Assembly: GCA_963733035.1 (NCBI GenBank)
Contig: CAVTBU010000005.1
Span: 2,784,001 to 2,848,000 of the forward strand
From: Pirellulales bacterium
GTDB taxonomy: Bacteria; Planctomycetota; Planctomycetia; Pirellulales; PALSA-1355
Direction: 5' to 3'
Length of the DNA: 64,000 nt
Position 1 is the first letter of the stretch, and each line of letters begins with the position of its first letter. Shown piece by piece: positions 1-11,851 of the stretch. A program made the position numbers and the translations under genes. Below the pieces are notes generated by a model. It was given only the letters and a program-made list of their open reading frames with translations. It searched no databases and was not told the DNA's origin.

Positions 1-957
1 CTCGCCGATTTGCCAGCCTTCGACAAATTTGCGCGGCTCGGGCAAATCCTTGGCATCTCCCTCGGGGCAACCGGCATCGACCCAAGCGTTCAGTTGCGAC
101 TTCTCTTCGTCGCTCAAGCGAGCGTCGTTGAGAAAGTGACCGTAGCGCGGGTCGGCGAACCAGGGAGGCATGCGCCCTTCGTCGATCACTTCGCGAATCG
201 TTTCGGCCCAGGCTGACACGTCGTCGTAGCTGGTGAGCGTGAACGGCGCGACTTCGCCTTCCCGATGGCATTCGACGCAACGCTTTTGCATGAACCGCGC
301 GATCTGGTTCGAGTAGGTGATCTTCGAGTCCGGTTTCGGTTCCGGCTGGCTCACACGGCCGATAAAGCAACCGTGGGCCTCGACAATCGGATGCGTCACC
401 TGCTTGCCGGCGAGCATCTCGAGGATGGCGTCGGCCAGAAACCGATTCCGAAGCTTCGGTTTGACGTAACCGGCACCCGTCTTGAAGCCGTATTGATCAT
501 CGATGCGGCCCCAATAGCGGATCACGTGATCCTTGTCGAGCAGAAAGACTTCCGGCGTGCGAACCGCGCCGAGCTTGTCCGCCACGACGTTGTTATTGTC
601 TTTAAGCACCGGGAACGTCAGCTCGTGCGAGCGGGCATAGGTTGCCACTTCGCTCAGTGTGTCTTGCACGTTGGAGTTGATGGCCATAAAAGCCACCCCG
701 TCTTTTTCGAATTCGGCGGCCAGATCCTTCAGCCGCGGCGCGTAGTTCCTTGCCAGGGGGCATTCCGTGCCCACGAAGGCCAGCACCACCGGTCGACCTT
801 GGTAGTCGTCTAGCGAATGCGGCTTGCCATGAAAGTCGGGGAGCGTGAAGTTCTCGACTTGCTTGCCGATGGGGGAATCGGCCGCGTCTGCCGCCAGGGC
901 CACAGACGCATAGCAGGCAATCGCGGCAGTCAGTGCCAATTGCCAGAATTTGCCCAT
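1..957 (-). CDS. Secreted redoxin-domain protein with CxxCH motif (3' end runs off the window)
   Basis: Not in the ORF track; translated by hand from ATG at 957 after GAGGT. MGKFWQLALTAAIACYASVALA signal peptide; FTLPDFHGKPHSL..VVLAFVGTECPLA redoxin motif; later CVECHREGEVAPF and RMPPWFAD. Confidence 0.85.
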   Translation of the reverse strand, partial: MGKFWQLALTAAIACYASVALAADAADSPIGKQVENFTLPDFHGKPHSLDDYQGRPVVLAFVGTECPLARNYAPRLKDLAAEFEKDGVAFMAINSNVQDTLSEVATYARSHELTFPVLKDNNNVVADKLGAVRTPEVFLLDKDHVIRYWGRIDDQYGFKTGAGYVKPKLRNRFLADAILEMLAGKQVTHPIVEAHGCFIGRVSQPEPKPDSKITYSNQIARFMQKRCVECHREGEVAPFTLTSYDDVSAWAETIREVIDEGRMPPWFADPRYGHFLNDARLSDEEKSQLNAWVDAGCPEGDAKDLPEPRKFVEGWQIGE

Positions 958-1085
958 CTTAACACCTCGGTTACGAAATTCCTTCGGGATCTGTAATCCG
1001 ACGCCAGTTGGCCGGGGAGCCTGATTTGCTAGGGGGTACTACCCGGCCGGCAAGTGTCATGTTTCTAAAAAACAGAATAACGATT

Positions 1086-1775
1086 CTAAAATGGAAGTCC
1101 ACCTCCGCGACGGGGCGGAAACTTGAATTCCGCTCCCTTCATCTTGTCGAACTGCTCGCGTTGCTCGGGAGTCAGGATGGCAAACGCCTTCTCACTGAGC
1201 TCGTCGCGGAGTTTGGTCATTTTTTCGCGGATCTCTCCCTGGTCGCCGCCACCGGCTCGCAGTTTCTGAAATGCTTCTTGCATCGCAGCGTTGCCTTCTT
1301 CGCGGATCTCCTCGAGTTTTTTCCTCTGATCATCGCCGAGTTTCAGGGCCGCGGCCACGTCTTCGTCTTCCAGGGCCTGGGCGCCGCGTGCTTGCAGCGA
1401 TAGCTCCACGAGACGTGTTTCCTGTTCGTCCTCCAGAATGTTATCGACCTTCTCCTTGATTTCCTCCCCCTTGTCCGAAATCATCTGCAGCACCTCGGGC
1501 ATCATTTCCTTCTGCTCGTCCTGGGTGAGATCTTGCAAGCCCGAGAGAATCTCGAACGCTTCCTGCTGCAGCTGCGACGACAGGGCCTGGAGCTTTTCTT
1601 TTTGCTCGTCGTTGAGCTTCAACTCTTTCTGTACTTCATCCCCGCGGAGCAAAAACACGTTTTGCAGCGAGGCCGGAAACTTGAGCCCCCGCAGGTTCAA
1701 CTGCGCCTCGGCCCGCGGGGCTAACGTTAGCAGCAGGGCCAGGGTCGCGCCAGCCAACAGGAATCGGCGAATCAT
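1086..1775 (-). CDS. Periplasmic Spy/CpxP-like (LTXXQ-motif) helical protein
   Basis: Signal peptide MIRRFLLAGATLALLLTLAPRAEA; repeated LKLNDEQK / LKLGDDQR / ILTPEQRE motifs. Confidence 0.7.
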   Translation of the reverse strand: MIRRFLLAGATLALLLTLAPRAEAQLNLRGLKFPASLQNVFLLRGDEVQKELKLNDEQKEKLQALSSQLQQEAFEILSGLQDLTQDEQKEMMPEVLQMISDKGEEIKEKVDNILEDEQETRLVELSLQARGAQALEDEDVAAALKLGDDQRKKLEEIREEGNAAMQEAFQKLRAGGGDQGEIREKMTKLRDELSEKAFAILTPEQREQFDKMKGAEFKFPPRRGGGLPF

Positions 1776-2429
1776 GTGGAAGCTCCTCACAAGCACGGGA
1801 TGAGTAATGTGGTGAACCGCTGGACCGACGAACGGAGCACCGGTCGATGCCAGCGAATCGTTGTGTCTACGGCCAAAGACCTTACCTTGCCGCGTTGGCG
1901 GCAGTTTCAAACGCGCGACAAGCACGCCTTCGACGACCGATCGGCACACTTGGGGGGAGAGGGCCCGTACCGGGGGGGCGAGCATTCCGGGACATTATGG
2001 ACCGCCGTTCTACGTTCTGCAACAGTTGGCCGACCGTTGTCGGCCGCAATCCCAGCAAGCCTCTGTTTCCAGCGCCTTCAGGCCAATCTTCAGCGCGTTA
2101 CGCGGTTTCCGTGGCTGTGGCCGGAACTCTCGGATTATCGGTTCCTCGAGCGTCGTCGAGCAACGTCAGCTGAATTGACGTTTTTGTCGCGCAACGTCCG
2201 CCACGCCGGGCGTCAAGGGCGGCCGAGGGTCCGGTAGACGACGTCGCATTTTTTTGGAAAAGCGGACATGCAATCGAGGAATATTTTTGCGTCGTATGTT
2301 GTTTGGAACTAATTTTCTTGACCGTGCTTGGGGGTCGACGGCACACTAATCTGCGGGACACTCGCCGCTTGAAAGGGGTAATGCGCGATTACGTGCGGTC
2401 GGTTTTCCACAAAAACGGAATGAGTGTGA

Positions 2430-3100
2430 ATGAGCGAACTGAATCATGACGCGGGGTACGATCTCGCGAACGGCAGAGTTGCAGACTTCATCCCCCGCGA
2501 TGATTTTGTTACGCTGACCCATGCCGCTCGCGACGGCTGTGCCGAGTCGCTTGGACAACTTGTCGATCGTTGCCGTAACTACCTGTTGTTGGTTGCCAAC
2601 CGAGGACTCAACCCCGATCTGCGAGTAAAGGTCGGCGCATCGGACTTGGTGCAGGAAACGCTGCTTGCAGCGCAACGCGGTTTCGATCGGTTCGAGGGTT
2701 CCTCGGACGCGGAACTGCGACTCTGGCTGCGGCGTATCCTGCTCAACAAGATGGCCAGCGCCACCGAACCTACTTTCAAACCGCGAAGCGTGAGGCATCG
2801 CGCGAGCGGCCGTTGCCGAGTCAGGCGGATAGCGGAGCGTTTCAACCGTCACTGGTCGATCCGAGTATCACACCAGGCGGTCTCGCGCTTGCCAGAGAAC
2901 AGTCCGGGATCATTGAACGCGAGTTGGCGCGACTGCCCGCGCACTATCGCCAGGTGATCGAACTGCGCTGCTTCGAACGAATGTCGTTCATCGAGACGGG
3001 GCAGATCCTGCAGATTTCCACCGACGCCGCCCGCAAGCGGTGGTGTCGTGCTATTGAACGGTTGCGGCAGCAATTGGAAGCCAGCGATGAGTCCAGATAA
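2430..3100 (+). CDS. ECF sigma-70 factor, planctomycete type; frameshift at about 2766
   Basis: Region 2 ([33 protein letters not shown]) in ORF 2430; region 4 ([30 protein letters not shown]) in ORF 2813. One added C restores [15 protein letters not shown]. Confidence 0.85.
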
Positions 3101-6100
3101 GGTCGGAAAGAACATTGATTCACTCGAAGACGCGTTCGAGTCGATCGTCCTGGCTTACGACGAGGCGCTGGCCGCGGGCACCGATCCATCGCCTTTAGAT
3201 ACGGCCACAGTGCCGCCGGAACTTGCAGAACGGGTGCGTTCTGCCCGTTATTGTCTCAGTCAACTTGAGCAGGCTCGTCGTCGGCGCGAGTGGCCGACTG
3301 ACTCCGAATCCTCTTGGTCGGTTTCCGTGTCCAGTGCGGCGATGGATTCTGAAGCAGAGGCGCCATTTCCTTTCGCCCAAGGAAGAGTCGGCCGGTTTGA
3401 ATTGGAGCGCGAATTGGGTCGTGGCGGCCACGGGGTCGTGTTCCTGGCGCGCGATCCGGCGCTCAACCGACTGGTGGCCCTCAAGGTGCCACGCCCGGAA
3501 GTGCTATTGACTGCCGACCTGTCGCGCCGCTTCCTGCGCGAAGCATATGCTGCCGCTGCGCTCAAACATCCCAATTTGGTGGCCGTTCACGAGGTCGGGG
3601 AGGACGGCCCGCTGCATTACATTGCCACGGAATACTGCGACGGTCCGACGCTTGCTCAATGGGCCCAGCGGCAGGACGCGGTCCCCATTCGCGACGCCGT
3701 ACGAATTGTCGCCGCGCTCGCCGACGGCGTTGCCGAAGCGCATCGCCAAGAGATCCTGCACCGTGACATCAAGCCGGGCAATGTTCTGTTGGAGCCGATC
3801 GCCGATTCGAGTCACGGCCAGCTCGACTTCACTCCCAAGCTAACGGATTTCGGTTTGGCAAAGCTGTCGGAATTCGATGGCGATGCCACTCGAACAGGCG
3901 TGTTGCTGGGAACTCCCTCGTACATGGCACCCGAGCAAGCGGCCGGCCGCATACAGGACATCAAACAGACGACCGACGTTTATGCGTTGGGCGCGGTGCT
4001 CTACGAGCTGCTTACCGGCCAGCGCCTTCCAAGGCGCCTCGGACGTCGACACGCTACGGCTGGTCGTCGACAGCGAACCGGTTAGTCCGCGACAACGACG
4101 CGCCGAGATCTCTCGCGACCTCGAGGCGGTGTGCCTGAAGTGTCTGGAAAAGCAGCCGGCCAGGCGTTACGGATCGGCAGCAGCCTTGGCGGCCGACTTG
4201 CGGCGCTGCCTGTCGGGAGAGCCAACCGTGGCGCGGCCCCTTGGTTTGCCGCAAAAACTGGGACGCTGGGCGAAGCGTCGCCCGGCAGTCGCGGCGCTGG
4301 CAGCTACGTTGATCGTCTCGTCGCTGATTTTGGTGAACGTGCAGGTGTGGCATTCGGCGACCTTAAGTGCCGCTCTGGAAGCCACGAGGTTGCAGCGCGA
4401 TACTGCCGAGCGCATGCGTGCCCAAGCCGATGCGAACGGCCGCTTGGCGGCCGAGCAGGGCGAGATCGCCAACCAACATCTGTATGCGGCCCGCATGCGG
4501 CTGGCTTATGAAGCCATGAACCAGGGCGAGCTCCCCGACGCACTTGAGTTACTCGAGGCGTATGAACCTCCAGCGACACTCGCCGATCTGCGCGGTTTCG
4601 AATGGTACTACCTGCAGCGACTCTTGCACTCTGAAGAGTTTGTGCTGAATGCCCACGGAGAGGCCTTCGCCGTGGCCTTCACGCCCGATGGCAGGTTGCT
4701 GGCCTCTGGCGGCGAGGACGGCAGGGTCGTCCTCTGGGATCCCCAAACTGGCAAGAAATTTGACGAGTTTCAAGCGCACACCAGTTGTGTCAATAAAATC
4801 GCCTTTTCTCCCGACGGACAGCTGATGGCCAGCGGAGGGTGCGACAACGCAGTACGTCTGTGGAGCGTCGACCCCTACCAGGAATTGGCGACACTGCTGG
4901 CGGCCGACAAGTACGTTACGTATGTCAGCTTCTCCCCCGACGGCAAATGGCTGGCTGCCATTGCGGATGACGGGCTTGCTGTCGTCTGGCAAGTCGCGAC
5001 GCGGGAAGTTGTCCATAGTGCGACACTCCGTGGCAATGGAACATGGCTGGCCTGGAGTCCGGACGGGACGCAACTTGCAATCGGTACAACCGATGTGCTG
5101 CAGGTTTTGGATACCGAGTTCTGGAGCGAGCGTCGACTCTTGAGTCGGCGAACAATTTCCGGCATGTTTTGCCGTGATTCGCGCAGTCTGCTGCTGCAGG
5201 ACAATTCGCTGGAATTGCTGGCGGTCAAGTCAAAGAGTCGCCCCGTGCAATTATTGCAAAGAGTTTGGAACTCTCCGATTCTGGCAGCCTCGCCGAGTGG
5301 CCGATGGCTGGCCCTATCCGACCACCGTGAGCTGATTCAGCTCTACGAGGCAAAAGCCGCGCTGCAGGGTCCAGGCCCAAATCTGTCGGCGAGCGAAGAC
5401 AACGACGCCAACCAGGGTGTGGACGATTTGCGGCCGCACAAGTTTCGCACTTTGGCCGGGCATTCAGACGTCATCAAGGACGTCGCGTTCTCTCCTGATG
5501 GACATCAGCTTGCCAGCGCCTGCGCGACGGCACGATTCGCCTCTGGAACGCAACAGCGACAGGCGGCTCTATTCCGGTCTTGCAATTAGACTTGAGTTTC
5601 GCGGGCGGTATGTCGCACCAGGTCGCGATGGACAAAAATCTAACCCGACTCGCGGTGTCGGGTTGTGACCGACCTTTCGAGTTGTGGGACGTGTCCGACC
5701 TGCGGCGACCGGAGCCACTTGCATCGCCTCCAGACGGTCCCTCGGACTGGCACAACGTCGCGTTCGGTCCCGATGAGGAATCAATCATCTGGACAGCTGT
5801 CGAGCACGGCAAAATCGCGCTTTGGGACGGCCGTTCGCAAAGTCAGCGCACGGTTGCCGAACCGAACGCTTACATCCATAAGTTTTCGGCATCTTTAGAC
5901 GGCACTACGGTGGCGACAATCACGAACGATCGGAAAGTGTGTGTTTATGATGTGCAAACTGGGGAGCGACGGATGGAGTGGTCGCTGCCCCCGCGGGAAA
6001 CCGCGGAGGAGTCCGCAAGGCAATTCGAAAAAATCGAACCGTACTTATCACCTGGCGGCCAAAGATTGTTGCTTTACGCGAGGCCCGTCGGTCCTACTCG

Positions 6101-6515
6101 CATTTACGACCTGCAAGCCGGCCAGTTCGAGAACGTCAACGACACCAAACTTCCGGAGTTCCGCGGCCTTGATTTCTCCGCCGACGGTCGCCTGATCGCG
6201 GGACCTCTTGATAACACCGGGCTGGTCGTGGCAGACGCGGTTTCGCACGATGTCCTCGCCCGCATGCGAATGCCATCGTTGGCTGGTTTGGTTGCATTCT
6301 CGTCCGATGCGCGCACTTTGGCGTCAGTCGGTGCCGACGGCCGCGTTCACCTGTGGGGCGTGGCGACCGGCCAAGAACTACTCGCGCTGGATGAGTTGTC
6401 TGGAAACGTGCTCTTATTGAAGTTTTCCGCCGATGGCAAGCGGCTGGGGGCGGTCGTCAGGGACGAAGAAAAGTCGACTGGGAAACTCTTTATCTGGTCA
6501 GTGGAACCATCTTGA
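3087..6515 (+). CDS. Ser/Thr protein kinase with TM segment and WD40 repeats; frameshifts at about 4025 and 5524
   Basis: [34 protein letters not shown]; then [22 protein letters not shown] and many FSPDG..LAS..D..VRLW repeats over three consecutive ORFs; overlaps the sigma stop. Confidence 0.88.
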
Positions 6516-6548
6516 AACGACTGCCTTTGCGGCAGCATTTCGCGACGT

Positions 6549-7904
6549 TCACTCGTGCGCGAATCCACGTCGAACTCTTTCCAGATCGCGTTTCAGCGAT
6601 TCGCTGACAGGCACCGCGTACGGTGGTTCCGCCGGCGACAGTTGCCGCAAGGAGACGGGAAGCCGCGCAAGTTGCTGTCGGCAATAGCGGCGCGACTCCT
6701 CCAATGAGACCGCCCCGGCACTCAGCCGCCTGCCATCGCGCATCACCGGCACCAGCAGCGGCTCACCGTCCAGCTTCTCGTCAAACCGCCCCAAGACATC
6801 CCCGGCCAACTCGCCTTCGCCGCAGGCGCGAAACACCTGTTTGCGGCCCGGATAGAGCACCTTGTGCGAGGAAAGCTTCATCCGAGGTTTTCCGGCGTAT
6901 TCCACGAGCTTGTAGGCCATGTCCAAATCCGGCGCGTCCGGCGAAACGGCCAGCCGCGTTCCCACGCCGAAGGCGTCGATCGGAGTGTCGTTGGCAATCA
7001 TCGCCGCGATGCGATCCTCGTCGAGCTCGCTGGAAGCAAAGATTCGCACGCCTCCCAGCCCCGCCTCGTCGAGCATCCGCCGCGAATCGACGGCCAACGC
7101 CGCCAGGTCGCCCGAGTCGAGTCGAATCGCATGCACCCGAAAGGAAGCGCCCAGCCGCTGACGCAACTCGATGACCTTTCGCACGCCGTCCAGGGTGTCG
7201 TACGTATCAACGAGCAGGGTCGTCTCGGGGAATTCGCGAGCGAACGCTGCAAACGCCGCCAACTCATCGTCGTGGGCTTGAATGTAACTATGCGCCATCG
7301 TGCCGAAGACGGGCATCCCGTAACGGCTGCCGGCCAGGACGTTTGACGTCCCCGCTGCGCCCACCAGCCAACTTGCCCGGGCCACTTTCAGCGCGGCGTC
7401 GCTGCCATGAGCGCGGCGGGAACCAAAATCGACGACCTCGCGCCCTCCGGCCGCGGCCATCAGCCGGGCGGCCTTCGACGCCACCACGCTTTGAAAGTGG
7501 ACTTGGTTGAGCACCATCGTCTCGATGATCTGCGCGTCGGCAATCGGCGCGATGATTTGCACGAGCGGTTCGTTGGCAAACACCACCGTTCCTTCCGGCA
7601 CCGCGTAGACGTCGCCGGTAAACTGAAATGCTCGTAGCCAATCGAGCAGCGGTTGGGAGAATATCCCGAGACGCTTCAAGTATTCGATCTCAACGTCGCT
7701 GACGTGCAGATGTTCCAAAGCATCCAGCACGTCGTCCAGCCCCGCGGCGACGATGTAGTTCCGTTCTTTGGGCAGCGTGCGAAAGAACAATTCGAACACG
7801 GCCGTTGACCGCATTCCCTCGGCCAAATAGGCCTGGGTCATCGTGAGTTGATAGAGATCGGTGAACAGCAGCGAGTGCAGCGGCTCGAAAGTGGATTCGG
7901 TCAT
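6549..7904 (-). CDS. pncB: Nicotinate phosphoribosyltransferase
   Basis: LFTDLYQLTM, DFGSRRAHG, GTMAHSYI, LVDTYD, IRLDSGD, FGVGT; ATGA overlap with pncA. Confidence 0.95.
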   Translation of the reverse strand: MTESTFEPLHSLLFTDLYQLTMTQAYLAEGMRSTAVFELFFRTLPKERNYIVAAGLDDVLDALEHLHVSDVEIEYLKRLGIFSQPLLDWLRAFQFTGDVYAVPEGTVVFANEPLVQIIAPIADAQIIETMVLNQVHFQSVVASKAARLMAAAGGREVVDFGSRRAHGSDAALKVARASWLVGAAGTSNVLAGSRYGMPVFGTMAHSYIQAHDDELAAFAAFAREFPETTLLVDTYDTLDGVRKVIELRQRLGASFRVHAIRLDSGDLAALAVDSRRMLDEAGLGGVRIFASSELDEDRIAAMIANDTPIDAFGVGTRLAVSPDAPDLDMAYKLVEYAGKPRMKLSSHKVLYPGRKQVFRACGEGELAGDVLGRFDEKLDGEPLLVPVMRDGRRLSAGAVSLEESRRYCRQQLARLPVSLRQLSPAEPPYAVPVSESLKRDLERVRRGFAHE

Positions 7905-8473
7905 GGGGCTTCCCGTTCGATGATGGCGCCGGCTTCGGCCAGCTCCCGCAACACTGCCTCGGCTCGCGCTGGCTCCACGGCACGGGTCCCGTCGGCAATC
8001 ACGTGCACCTCGAAATTCGCCTCGAGCCCCTCCCACGCGGTGGCCCGCACGCAGTATTCGAGCGTCAATCCGCCGATCCAAAGTCGCGAGATGCCTCGGC
8101 CGCGCAGCACCTTATCGATGCCCAGGGGAATGAGCCCCGAATAGATGTCGCGGTCCAAATCCGTTCCCTTGCTGACCAGCAGATACTCCGCCGGCAATCG
8201 CAAGTCGGGATGAAACTCCGCGCCGGGTGTCTCTTGCACACAATGCGCCGGCCACGGGCCTCCGCGCTCGTGAAAGCTCACGTGTCCCGCGGGATGCCAA
8301 TCGCGCGAAGCCACGACCATCGCTCCGCCGCGCGACGCGGCGTCAATCCACCGATTAAGCACCGGCACCACCCCGTCGCCTTCGGTCACCGCCAACGCAC
8401 CACCACGGCAAAAATCGTTCTGCACGTCGACGAGGATGAGCGCATCGTGCGATGTGAGAGTTGGGATCGACAT
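7901..8473 (-). CDS. pncA: Nicotinamidase/pyrazinamidase
   Basis: LILVDVQNDFC.GGAL, DWHP..H, WPAHCVQ, KG, EYCVRAT. Confidence 0.92.
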   Translation of the reverse strand: MSIPTLTSHDALILVDVQNDFCRGGALAVTEGDGVVPVLNRWIDAASRGGAMVVASRDWHPAGHVSFHERGGPWPAHCVQETPGAEFHPDLRLPAEYLLVSKGTDLDRDIYSGLIPLGIDKVLRGRGISRLWIGGLTLEYCVRATAWEGLEANFEVHVIADGTRAVEPARAEAVLRELAEAGAIIEREAP

Positions 8474-8574
8474 GAACGGACTAGTTTCCCGCAGGCGATC
8501 GCATGCGCAACAACAGTGCCGTATCATACCGTGTTCGGGGTTCATTCCCACGCGCGATCGTGTGTGGAAATCGC

Positions 8575-9971
8575 CTACCCGAACAACCCGCGAATCGGCT
8601 CACCCGCCGCCAGGCGGAACGGCCTGCCGGTCATGTCGTGCAGCTCGGTGGCCGGGTTGAGCCCGAAGCGGTTGAAGATCGTCGCCGCCAAATCACCGGG
8701 CGTCACCGCGTCGGTCTCGGGATAGGCCCCCAGCTTGTCGCTGGAGCCATACAGCAAGCCGCCACGCACGCCACCGCCGGCCAGCAAAATGCTGTAACAA
8801 TCCGGCCAATGGTCGCGGCCGCCGGCACCGTTGAGTTTGGGAGTGCGGCCGAATTCGCCGAGCATCACGACCAAGGTCGAGTCGAGCAGTCCGCGCTGAT
8901 GCAGATCTTCGACGAGTGCCGAGAATGCCAGGTCGCAAGGCGGCAGCAGGTCGTCTTTCAAGCGGCCAAAGTTGTTGTCGTGCGTGTCCCAATTGTTCGG
9001 GCCGTTGCGCACGCGGTCGTGCACGCTGACGAACCGCACGCCCGACTCGACCAACCGCCGGGCGAGCAGGGCGCTTTGCCCGTGCACGTTGCGGCCGTAG
9101 CGCTCGCGCGTACCCACGTTTTCCTGGTTGATGTCGAACGCGCGCCGCACGGCGTCGCTTCGCAGCAGGCTGAACGCGCGCTCGTAAAAGGTGTTCATCG
9201 TGCCCTGAGCCGGCGTCGGCTGCGCCGCTAGCCGGGCATTGACGTGCGAGAGCAACGCCTGGCGGTTTTCCAGCTCGCCGAGGGTCAAACCGGCCGGTAG
9301 TTCGATGGCCCCGACGCGAAACTGCGGCGAGTTCGGATCGCTCTCGACCTGTAACGGCTCATAAGCTGGGCCGAGGAACCCGGCCGTCTGGCCCGGCAGC
9401 TTGACGACGTTGTACATGACGTGCGGCAGGGCCACGTGCGGCGGCACACGTTCGGTGCGACCTTTTAGATACGTGACCGCCGACCCGTAACAAGGGAAGT
9501 CCGACGTGGGGTCGTTGGACAATAGCTCCAGGTCGCCCTTAAGCGGCGTCCGCCCGCATAAGGCCTCCACCGCGGCCGAGTTGTGGTTCCGCATCGTGTG
9601 GTGCATGCTCCGCACCACCGCCACATGGTGCATTACCTTGGCGATATGCGGCAAGTGTTCGCAAACGCGTGTTCCTGGCACGCTGGTGGCAATGCTGCCA
9701 AAGTCGCCGCGCACCTCGGCCGGTGCGTTCGGCTTCATGTCGAATGTATCGTGATGGCTCGGCCCGCCATAGTAGAACATCACGATGCACGACTTGATTT
9801 GCGCCGGTAGCCCGCCGGCACCTGGCGCGTTGGTGGCGGCAAGCGACTCGGCCTCGAGCAACTGAGCCAGATTGAGCCCCAGAAAACCAAGCCCCCCGCG
9901 CGCAGCAAATGCCGCCGCGAAAACTTGGGAGCAAACGAGTCAAACCGGCGGTGGGGAGTCGGGGCAGGCAT
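8575..9971 (-). CDS. DUF1501 family protein with Tat-like N-terminus; frameshift at about 9887
   Basis: SRRHLLRAGGL, GGPSHHDTFDMKP, ARRLVESGVRFV, WDTH, GEFGRTP, GRDHWP. Confidence 0.9.
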
Positions 9972-10117
9972 CGACGCATCCTCAGGCGAGAGGGTAGGGG
10001 GGGATTCGCCGCGGGACTGTTAGACTACCGCGCCGCAGGGTAGATGCCAAATGCTGGGCCGCGCAGGTTCCCGATGGCAATTCCCGGCCCGCCCGCTTGG
10101 CGGTCCAGCGGCCGAGC

Positions 10118-11851
10118 TCATACAGCGCGGCGTCGCTTCACGACCAGGCCCAACCCCGCCAGCCCCGCAATTGCCAACAGGTGCGTGCCCGGCTCGGGCA
10201 CCATCAGAAACACGTTGTCCTGCAGGTTGGTGACGCCGGTATCAAGGCGAATAATGTCGGCGAGTGAGATGCTCTCCAGCCAACTCAGTTCGTCTGCCGA
10301 GAGCGCCGCGTCGCGGGTAAACCAAAATCGGTCACCGTCTCGCAGGCGCGTAAACTGATCGATCAGCCCCAGGGCCACCAGCGGACCCACGGCCGCGCCG
10401 GCCAGCGGATCCTCGGACAACGCCCCCACCCAGGCGTCGATATGGTTGACGTCGCCATACAGCGAAGCCAACTCCTGCTGCAGCACAACGTCGCTGGTGA
10501 TGTCCGCAAAGCTCGACACGGGCGGCAAGCCATAGGCCTCGCGCATCGTGTTGTAGTCGGGCAGCCCATGATCTCGGCCGCGCTCGATGTTGAGCGTGGC
10601 CAGGTCGAAGCCCGCCCCGGGAAACGGATCGCCAAACAGGAAGTTGCGCACGTCGTCGACCATGTGAATGTCGATTTGCTGTTGCGCTTGCGAAGCGAGC
10701 CCCTTGAGCACGTACTCCAGCTCCGTGCCGTCGGGCAGGTTCGACGGTGTGAAAAACGCGTCGCGCAGGGCCAGGTCTCCGCCGGGTGCCGTCGTGCCGT
10801 CGTTCTGCACGCGGGCCAGATCGCTGGGCAGCATCGTGTGGCCAACGCGATACAGGGCCGTGGCAAACTCGTTCGCGATCGATGCGTTCACGTTCGGGTT
10901 GTAGACGCTATTAATTCCCGGAGCGAGATTGCCCAACAGCGCGGGCAGAAACTCCTGATACGTGATCGCCTGAATCTCGCCGCCGACCAGATGCCGGGCA
11001 TGCTGATAGATCTGTTCGTCGGTCCAGGCGGGGTTGGCCGCGGCAAGCTGATCGGCCAGCCGATTGTGCTCCCGCATGAACAGCGTTTGCACCGCCGTTA
11101 GCCCGGTCTGTTCGTTCACCCGAATATCACCGGCCAGGTGGTACGCGGCGTGGTTCGGATCGCCGTTGTCGGCGTTGGGCAGGCCGGCCGTGTTGTAGGG
11201 CAACATGTTGCCCGCACTGGTCTGCAGGTGTCCTCCACTGAACGTGCGGAGCGCCGCCGCTCGCGTCGCGTCGGAACCGTATACCACCGAGCCGTCCAAG
11301 TACGACGTATCGGAGTTGATCTGCTGGCGAGGATTACCGAGGCCGGTGCCGGTCAGCGGATCGTAATTCGAGCGCGTGAAGGGCATCATCACCGTGCCGG
11401 TGCTACCGGGGTCGAACGTCGGATCGCCCATCGGCATCGGCACGTCCATCGACTCGGCTGGATCCGTAATGTCGGTCAGGGTCGTGTCGTGGTCGACGAA
11501 CTGCCCCCACTGAAATACCCAATCGCTCAGCCCATAGCTGTTGGGCATTGAGGCCGACTGCGCAACGACCGTGTTGCTAATGACGCGCGCGTCGGGGCGA
11601 TCGGCTCCGGCGGGCGTCGAGACGCCGTCGCCATAGGCCGCCGGGGCGATCCGCAGCAGCTGCGTGCCGGCCTGACCCCAAGTGGGATTTGCCAGGTTGT
11701 TGCCCGAGCCGTCGACCGAACGGTCTTCGGCGTGCAGTCTGGCCGGCGTCGCCAGGGCGACCGCGACGAGAAACGGCAAGAAGATTCGTGCGACCGGCAA
11801 AGAAGTTCGTTGCCACGCGGGGGCGCCAACGAAGGGAAATCGGTTCGCCAT
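10118..11851 (-). CDS. Animal-type (peroxidase-cyclooxygenase superfamily) haem peroxidase with PEP-CTERM
   Basis: RSVDGSGNN, WGQFVDHD, AGDIRVNE, REHNRL, YRVGH, NIERGRDHGLPDYN, RDGDRFW; C-terminal VPEPG-TM-KRRR. Confidence 0.92.
   Translation of the reverse strand: MANRFPFVGAPAWQRTSLPVARIFLPFLVAVALATPARLHAEDRSVDGSGNNLANPTWGQAGTQLLRIAPAAYGDGVSTPAGADRPDARVISNTVVAQSASMPNSYGLSDWVFQWGQFVDHDTTLTDITDPAESMDVPMPMGDPTFDPGSTGTVMMPFTRSNYDPLTGTGLGNPRQQINSDTSYLDGSVVYGSDATRAAALRTFSGGHLQTSAGNMLPYNTAGLPNADNGDPNHAAYHLAGDIRVNEQTGLTAVQTLFMREHNRLADQLAAANPAWTDEQIYQHARHLVGGEIQAITYQEFLPALLGNLAPGINSVYNPNVNASIANEFATALYRVGHTMLPSDLARVQNDGTTAPGGDLALRDAFFTPSNLPDGTELEYVLKGLASQAQQQIDIHMVDDVRNFLFGDPFPGAGFDLATLNIERGRDHGLPDYNTMREAYGLPPVSSFADITSDVVLQQELASLYGDVNHIDAWVGALSEDPLAGAAVGPLVALGLIDQFTRLRDGDRFWFTRDAALSADELSWLESISLADIIRLDTGVTNLQDNVFLMVPEPGTHLLAIAGLAGLGLVVKRRRAV

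Noticed and set aside
265..813. Plus-strand ORFs at the window start, and many similar antisense ORFs throughout
   Set aside because: Shadows of well-supported opposite-strand genes in GC-rich DNA
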